64,000 nt of DNA from a virus. Below the pieces are notes generated by a model. That model did no database searches. It was not told the DNA's origin and saw nothing but the letters and a program-made list of their open reading frames with translations. The position numbers and the translations under genes were made by a program. Location of the stretch: positions 1-64,000 of the IMG/VR virus record IMGVR_UViG_3300009155_000040, one strand, 5' to 3'. Shown in pieces: positions 46,201-55,200 of this stretch (the stretch's first letter is position 1; each line of letters starts with the position of its first letter).

Positions 46201-49200
46201 ATGTTGCACTGTATCCGTTAGCTCTAAATTGTTGGAAATTATCTAGAGAAGATAATAAACCAGTTTTAGTAAATCTGTCAAATTTTATTCCTAGATTAAA
46301 TGTTCTAGCTTTTGTATTTCCGATAATTGCCACAGCAGTTGCAGTATTGTCGCTTGATCCATTACCGCCAACTAATGATATAGTCGGAGCTGATGTAAAA
46401 CCTGTTCCTGAATTTATTATCGAAACACCTGATACTTTGCCATTAGAAATGTACGCTTTAGCAACAACTCCGGTTCCGTCTCCTGTAATTAATACATTTG
46501 GAGCTTGAACATACCCGCTTCCAGGATTTGAAATTTTTATAGAAACAATTTCATATGTGTGATTATCAAGCCACGATCTCCATGGGTAGGCCAATGATGT
46601 TTCGTCAGATGCTGTTACAGGTAATATTTTTCCTTCTGCTACTGAGAATGTAGGTGGCAAATCAAAATCGGTATTGGCTGATCCAACACGATCTATTTTT
46701 TCGTAATTGCTGATATATTCTCGAATTGTGGTTCTATACGGCTTAACTTCGTTTATGTATTCTTGATAACTTTCAAGGTTATCGTTTTTGTAATTAAGTT
46801 TTTCTTTTAATTCTCCGACATAATGAGTAGCATTTAAGAAACTTGTTTTAAATGCCCAGTCGATATACTGTTGTTCTGCAAGTGCATATCGAACTGATGT
46901 AAAGAATAATTTATTCCATTCGTTTTCATATTCGCCAATGAATAAAAATTCTTTGATACGCTGTAAAATAATTCTTAATTCTTTGCTGTTGTCGATGTCA
47001 TAGGAATCGGTGTCAAAAGAAACAGTATTGTCAAAGCCAATACCGGACAATTTATTATTCCAAAGAGATTCTGCTAACTGAATAGTTCCTGTGCCGCGGC
47101 CAACTAATTTGTACCTAGCAAAGAATTCTGCACTATCAGAAACTCTTTCAAATACTGCCCAGTCTCCGGTATCATATTGCTTTGCTCTGATCAAATCGCC
47201 AATTTTGGTAGTAAGTAGTGGCTCATAACTTATATCTGGGATTTCTGTTGTGATTCTAGTTTTTATAGAATAGCCTTCGGCCCACCAGTCATATGCATAT
47301 CCGTATCGAGTAGTGTCAAATGCTTGCGCTCTACTTCTATAAAATGTTTGACGCTCATTGTCCCAAGAATAAATTCCCCAGAATCCTTTAGTTGTTTCGT
47401 CAGATGTAACCAACACAGCAAATTGTCTTACGCTGGCTGTTGCTTCACTGTATTTTTTACCTTTTGAGACTACGGTCACTGATGCAATTCTGCCTTGGTT
47501 ATCAAGAACAGCCGTTGCCGATGCACCGTTACCGTCGCCATAAATGCTTACGGCAGGCGTTACTCGATATCCAAATCCTGGATCTAAAATGTCGATAGAG
47601 GATATTTGATTATTTGAAATATTAACTCTTAATGTGGCCTGTTTCACACGAGTTGTACCAACTGTCTGCAATGCTTCGTAAGTGTCTACCGCTTGGTCGT
47701 ATAGATTTAATGCCTGATCGGGCGGCATATCTATTAAATTTAAATCTTCAATCAGTATCTGATCAGCCCAAGGTTGTTGTAATAAAAATTCATTTACCTT
47801 TGTTACAATTATTTTTAGTATAGGCGCACGGTTAACAAACATGCTTTGTCTTGGTCTAAAACTCAATCCATACTTTTGTTTGGCTGGTAAGTTAGGGTCG
47901 GGCACCGGGCCGCCCTGTGAATCAACACCAATCAAACTGTCTAACCATTTAGTTTCTAATGCTTCTGTCGGTCTACTTAATATATGGTCTTCTGTTAACA
48001 GTTGGTATTCGTTATGTATTGGATTTAATTTATCGCTATTTTTAAAATACTGTATGTTCAATACCGCAGTATCCGACGACATGATTGATTTAAAATTATA
48101 AGCTATAAATTTATCGGAATCAATCAATGCAATGTGTGCAATTCCTGATGCAGCCGGATTGGTAATATACGACGAAACCGTAGCAGATGAAATTTCCCTG
48201 CCTGGCATGTTTTCAGGTACTGTTGTTTTATTTTTAACCCAGTAAAAGTATAAAGTTCCAGAAATTTCGCCTGTGGTTGGATTGTATAATTCTTTAACAG
48301 AATATACTGTATCATCTGGATATTTAGGTTGCCCTGAGATACCTAGCGCCAATCCTTCTGTAGTGTCTGCTACAATAGACCATTCGCTTGGTAATAATCT
48401 AGTTTGTACCCATTCATAAACATCAACGCTTGACCCTTCTACTAGACCGTTCCAGTTGCTGGTCTTGTATGCAATGTCGCCTTGTTCATAATATTTCCAC
48501 TTGACTCTAGAAAGATCCCACCATAGTTTTCCAACATTTTTTTCTGCCCAAGCTGTTGTCGAATCAACTGCTTGATTGTCTGTGCCTATTGTATAAGTTG
48601 CTGGGTCATATAGTGTTTTGAATTTAATTTCTTTTTCAGCTGAATTAAGTATTTTTAATTTTGAATGGTCAACATAATCAATGTCTTGTACTTTGACATT
48701 TTTAACCGTGTCGTACATTGAAATGCTTTTAACTTTTCTTACATCAACCAATGGTTTCTGCTGTTCTAAAATTTCCCACGAATTAACCGACGGGTCTTTA
48801 GTAAACAATCTCACAGTACCAATCATTGGACCATCAAACAACACACTCGATCCAGTGTTAACTGGTGCTCGGTAATCTGGTGATCCGACAGCAATTTCAG
48901 AATCAGTACAGTCTAAAGTATAACCAAAAGACTCGTACGGTGATGCTTCGATTTCTAATTTTTCAACTAGGAAGAATTGATCATTTTTCTTTTCAAATAC
49001 GTAGACGCCGCCGGCATATCCTGAACGTTCAACGAATCTAGTTCTGCCTTGATCAAAAGTAGTTTCTTTAGTCGAATCTAATTTTGCCAGTACAGTGAAC
49101 GGTGTATTCTTAGAACCAATTGCAATTCTGTTACCAGACGAGCTAATTGAAACATTTTGTCCAAAGAATTCATTAGGATATTTTTCAAAACTTTCTAATT

Positions 49201-52200
49201 TTTGTTTTAATCTATATTCTATTGATTCTAAACTGTCTGTTTTAAACACATACGCAGAACCTTGATTTTGAAAATTGACATCTGCTTTTGGACTAGAAAT
49301 GATCAATGTAGATCCGGTATAATCTAAATCGGCCGAATAACCAAATTGATCTCCAACATTGATATCGGGTGTGCCTCCTGCGGTAATTTCTAAAGATCCT
49401 GTAGCAGTGGTTAAGGCTACTACACCGCTTCCAAAGGTTCTGCTGACTTTTATTTTTCCATTAACTCCGTATTGTAGAATTTCTTTAACATAATATGTTG
49501 TGCCAGAAATTAATCCGCCAAACGACACGCCTGTAACCAGTAGAGGCATGTTTATTACAATGCCTGTGGTATTCTTTAATACTATTGAATTGTCAACGCT
49601 AGAAGTTACAATTGCACGTGAATTTACTACTGAAGGAGTATCATCTATTAATACCAATGATCCAGCATCAATCGTTTGTATTAAATTGTATTTGTCATCG
49701 GTGTCTCTTTTGTAAACAAAGACTTTACCAGAAGCTTGTGCGCTGCTGTCACCGACATCATCCCATCCGGCATTGCTCGGGTCTACCCCCACTTCGCTAG
49801 ACGAGTCTGCAAGTTGATAATAGTTGTCTTGATATTTTACTACATCATCTTGATTGTAGATAATATCAGACTTCCACCAGCCTCTATAATTTTCAAAATA
49901 TTGGCCATCACTATTCGGAGCTCCGACTACTAACACTGTGCCATCGCCGCTGGTAGCTAATGTAGTACCAAACTCGTCACCATCTTTGATTATTTCAACA
50001 TCAAAATTTACACTCGAACCATCAGACCCTAATGCAATCTGTTGAGGTAGTGCAAAATCAGTATTGTCTATATTCAAGATTTCCCAACTTACAGAGTCGT
50101 CGCCAAGTGTGGTTCCTTTAAACAGATACACTCTGCCTTTATTTCCAAATGCCGCTTTAGCGGCCACTGATGCATAGTAAGTAGTGCCAGACTGACTGAT
50201 TGTTATTTCAGAACCAAAGGTTTCATTGTCTATTGGTCGAGGACTTAGATATGAATTAGTAATTTGCCAACGCTGTCCAGTCCAGTGGTACACTGAAATC
50301 ATACCTTGTTTTGTAAAGCCCGAACTAGTACCAGACGTGGTTACTGGAATTATTCCTTGCGGAAGCCACACGGTTGATGTTGAGTTTGGATACGGCGGTG
50401 TTGCTAAAGATACTTGAGCAACCCACAATCTGTTATCCCACTCTACAATCTCATTTGGTGCATACGCAGTTAAAGGATTAAATGTTCCTTTATAATAGCT
50501 TTTGAGAGATCCTGCAAGTGGAGATCCAACAATTAATTGTTTACCGTCTGGGCTAAGAGCCATTGCTTTGCCGAACGATCCGGTGACACTTGGTCTAATG
50601 CTTTCGGCCGGAGTTAATACCTGTGTAACTCCGATGCCGTTTAATGACTGGGCATACACCATCACATATCCAGTATCTGGGATGCTGGCAAATGTTTGAC
50701 GTGTTAGCGAGTTGTAAACTACCCTAGTTCCTAAATGTGACGGCTCTGCAATTCCAGCATCGATCAATTCTTTAGTAACAAATTGTTTTTTCTTTTTTAT
50801 TACTTCCCAGCCAGTTGTTGTATTATTATCAATCCATACTGTTGAACCAGTTTTTAATAAAGCTGCTTGCTGAGGACTCAATTGTTCATAGTTAGCAAAT
50901 CTTGCTTCTGTGAATAGATTTAAATTAACAATTGAACTGCCGTCCCATTCTGGTGGTTGAGCTTTTGCCGATACTTCTACTGTGATAGTTCTTGGAGTTG
51001 CAGAAACTATTTTAAAGAATCCAGTTAAATTAACAATGTCTTTAATACCAACAATGTCGTCAATTTTACACTCGTGGAATCTTCCTAATTCAATTGTAAC
51101 TTTAGTTTTTTCTTTTGTAATGTTTGTAATAATCAAAATTGGAGATTGATTATATCGCAATACTGTCCACGAATAGTTGTCAAAGGTAATCCAAACATTG
51201 TCATTTTCATTAAAATTAGCAATATCTAAATCCAATATCGAATCTCGAGAGGAAATTATAAAATTTACTTGATCTGTTTTTACATAACCCGGAGTGCGAG
51301 AAAGCAACAGATCATCTGTAGTAGGATTGATATCGACTGAATATTTGTCAGGATCAATTGTAAAATCAGTTTTAAGTACTCTATAATATTGGTCGGAAAT
51401 AGAATCTGATATTTCGTTTGCAATAATAATAGGTTGAGGATTAATTACAAAGCTGTCTTTGTTTAGAGTCATCTCAACTTCTCTTAGTTGATCAACTCCT
51501 CCTAACCTACCAACTCTAAACGCCCATTCTTCTTTAAGGTCTACACTGCCTGCTGCAGAATTGCTGAGTTTATCAAATACTTTTGTTATCGAGTTTGCTG
51601 TTCCTTTCTCTTTAATAAAGCCTTGATACAATTGAAATTGTGTAACAGAATCTTCTGCTAAATTTTGTAAGTATTCTCTTTCTTGATAGCCAATCGAATG
51701 TCTGGCTAGATTTCTTTGATTGTTTCCTAGTCCGTCTGCAGAAACTTCAAAGTAATCTTCAAATTGATTAATTTTGTAATCGAAGTTTGATACTAATTGT
51801 TTCTTCGGATCGCTGTCAAGTTTGGTCCAATAGGTATCGTCAAAAGATTCTACTCCTATCTGATTTGTTAAACTTGTCCAGTTATAACTTCTATAAGAAA
51901 CAATGTCTCCAGATTTATAATCTGTAAACGGTTGCCATTTCTGAATGTTTACATTGTCGAATAAGAAACCCGGACTTGTGTAATCTCCATCCCAATCTAC
52001 TGTTACAAAGCCTTGAGTTTTGATACGATCCTGTCTATATCCTGTAGTCTTGTCATAGATAACATCGTTGAAAACGGTTCTGTCGCTGAATATTACTACA
52101 TGCTCTTTAAGAACAAAATAAACTTTTAAGAAATAAATTCCGTTGGTTGTATTAACTGTTTCTACAGTTATGGATTGGAATCCTCTATTAACATTAATAT

Positions 52201-55200
52201 TTGCGACCGGTAATACTTTACCGTCATCTTTTAAAATTTGATAATCATAAAAACCGTCTAGTAAATTGTCTGCAACGCCCACAGGCATTGTGATATCAAT
52301 TTTTTCTGCGGCTGGACTTAATGTAATCAAAGATCCAATGGCCCAATTATGGGTGGTCCAGTACATAAATTCTTTAGATGATGTTAGCCAGTTTGTTGCT
52401 GATTTAATAGTGGGATCAAAATTATCAAACTTAAATCCGACTGATATTAAATAATTTTCATAACCTAATAGAAAATCTACAACAGCCTGTATCGACGTTA
52501 ACTTGGTACCGTATACTAATTTTTGAGGATTTAAAGTGTTGAATGATCTTCTACGCTGTGCCTCAACTCCGCCAGTTAACGGAATGTTCGGTAATTTTTT
52601 CCAAAGAGTGGCATCAAACTCAGCAGTTGATGTATGGGTTTTTAATGCCCGATAAAAATCATTTCTATACCTTACAATTCTACCATTGTTAAAATTAGTA
52701 TCTTGTGACCAGTCTGTAAAATCTTCACTTACACCGCCTACTGTAATAAGAGGGTCTCCTTTATTAGGGCGGGCTTCATGATAGTTAAAATAAGGATGTA
52801 TATTATCGTAGCCTGTAAGAACCCATCCTCCTTCAGTCTTTTCAATGATCACTCCACTGTATGTTAAATTAGAAATCGGTGAACTTACATTAAAAATAAT
52901 ATCGTAGTTTTCTGAAGGAATAAAAATACTACTTGACGATGACTTTGGACTCTTACTGTCTAACAAATATTTTTGTTGCGATTTATCTGCAAATCCAGAC
53001 AATCTAGTCGACAGTGCTACATCTAAATTTTGTAATTTAGCTTCGTATTCGGCTAATTCTAAACCTCTCGACTTTACATATCCTGCAAGATATTTTACAA
53101 GGCCAACTGTTAAGTCTGCACTAACTCCAGGAAGCGTTATGTCAGCCGGTGTTACAAATAAGTTTGTTTCTGAATGTACGGTCTGTCCAATGATATTAAT
53201 TTTTGTTTTAGAAATGTCAAAACTATCGTTGATAAACTCAAATGGTTTTAATAACGACATTGCCATGACAACCGCAAACGGCCATTCGGAACTAGATCTC
53301 CATGCATATTCAGCAGGACTAATATCACCTAATACAAATGGGCCTCGATTATTAATTAAACTAAAGTTTTGTGCTAGATTTGAATCAAGAGGACTTAATA
53401 AATTACCATCACCGTCAACTGGGATGTGACCTATTATTGTTGGACGTTTATATCGATCGTATGTGCCTGCTCGATCGCCTTGACGAATTATACCGTCTCG
53501 TAAATCTTCCCATAACAATAAGTTACCGCTGGTATAAGGAGCAGGACCATATTCGCTTTCCCACCAATCTGGTTGTTCACTGAAGCCTAACATCTCCCAA
53601 GGACAACGATGTGGCCTGTCGGTGTCGTAAAACCATTGATATACACCTCTCCAATATCCAGGAAGATTAATAGTTCCCGAAGGATCGGCCATATTAGTAT
53701 AGGTATATGTGAATGAATTTTCACTGTCAAAATACTCGTTCAATGTGTAATTAATATTTGTATTTTGCACCCATTTTAAAAATTCTTGAACAACTACATT
53801 ATCAAGCTGTGCTTTAGAATATGTGCTGGTTGTATAATAGAATCCTCCAACGATATCGTCTATATTAAAAATATCTCTATTGTAAGTAACTTTGATATTG
53901 TTATAAATTCTATATTCTAATTCTAATAATAGATCATCACGATAGTCATCATAGGCAACTGTGATACTACCGTCGTGCCCTTGTATAACCATTTGAGGTA
54001 CAACATAAGTATCGTCTAAAAATTTTGCAGGAGTATATTTTTTGTATAATCCCATCGCAGACGGAGTAGGCGGAATATGATTGTATGCTGTGGATACATA
54101 TTCTCTAATCTGGATTTGATCGCCTCTGTTCAATTGAACTTTTAATATTACAAAACCAAATGTTGAATTAAATTCGTACTCTTTTGTGTACAATAACTGC
54201 TGTTCATTTATATAAACATATACTGCTTTTCTACTTAGAGTATCTAATCCAAATTTTTCTGATAATGCAAACGTGTTAATTCCTGTGTCATCAACTGTGT
54301 AATCAATAGACGTATATGCTCCAGAACCGATCATGTCTGAATCTGCAAATGGGCTGTTTTCTGATTTTGTTTTTGTTAACTCATTTATGATATCATCAAC
54401 AAAATCTGCAACATTTTCATTAAAGTCTATTTCTGTTGCTTTTAAAATAAAATTATTTTTATAGTCAGTATAAGACTTTTTAGCATATTGTATCGATTTA
54501 ACAATGTTAGAAGTTTTGTCTGTTAATAGATTAATTGCTAGAGGAGTTAACCCAGAATGTTTTAAAAATCTCTTACTGTTTTTTTGGTAACCAACAATGT
54601 CACGTAAATTAGACACGCCAGGCAGTGCACCAACAAATTCGTCTGTAAACTCGACAGCACTTAGTAAATGATCAATTGCCTGACCAAGTGTAAATGATGT
54701 TAAAATTTGATTTAAAGGATTCTTTTCTAATCCTACAGGAATTTCATAGTAGCCTTCGTTTGGCTCTAGATCTGTAATTATTTTTACAGACACAACATCT
54801 TTATCTGCAAATGTAGTGTTGTCAAAAGTAAATGTCGATCCTGCCCGTGTATATGAATCTGTGAAACGAACGCCGTTTAAATAGAAATTAATTTTTAATA
54901 GCGTTGTATCTGTTACTAAACTCCAATCAACTGGATTTAAAGAAACTGAATTAGTAGACTGTGTAACAATGGTGCTGTCAATGATTGGTTGGATAAAAGA
55001 GTTATCTGTCGTGATCCATCCGTTGGCATTGTTTCCATTTATTTGATAAAATCCTGTTGAGATAGATTTTGAAAATACCTCTTGATTTGCTGTGTAATAA
55101 AATGACTCAGTGTCCCATACCCAGTTAAATTGTATGTCTCCGATATTGTCAATATTAAGATAACTTAGACTAAATCCTAATTCAGAGTCAGCAGTACTGC

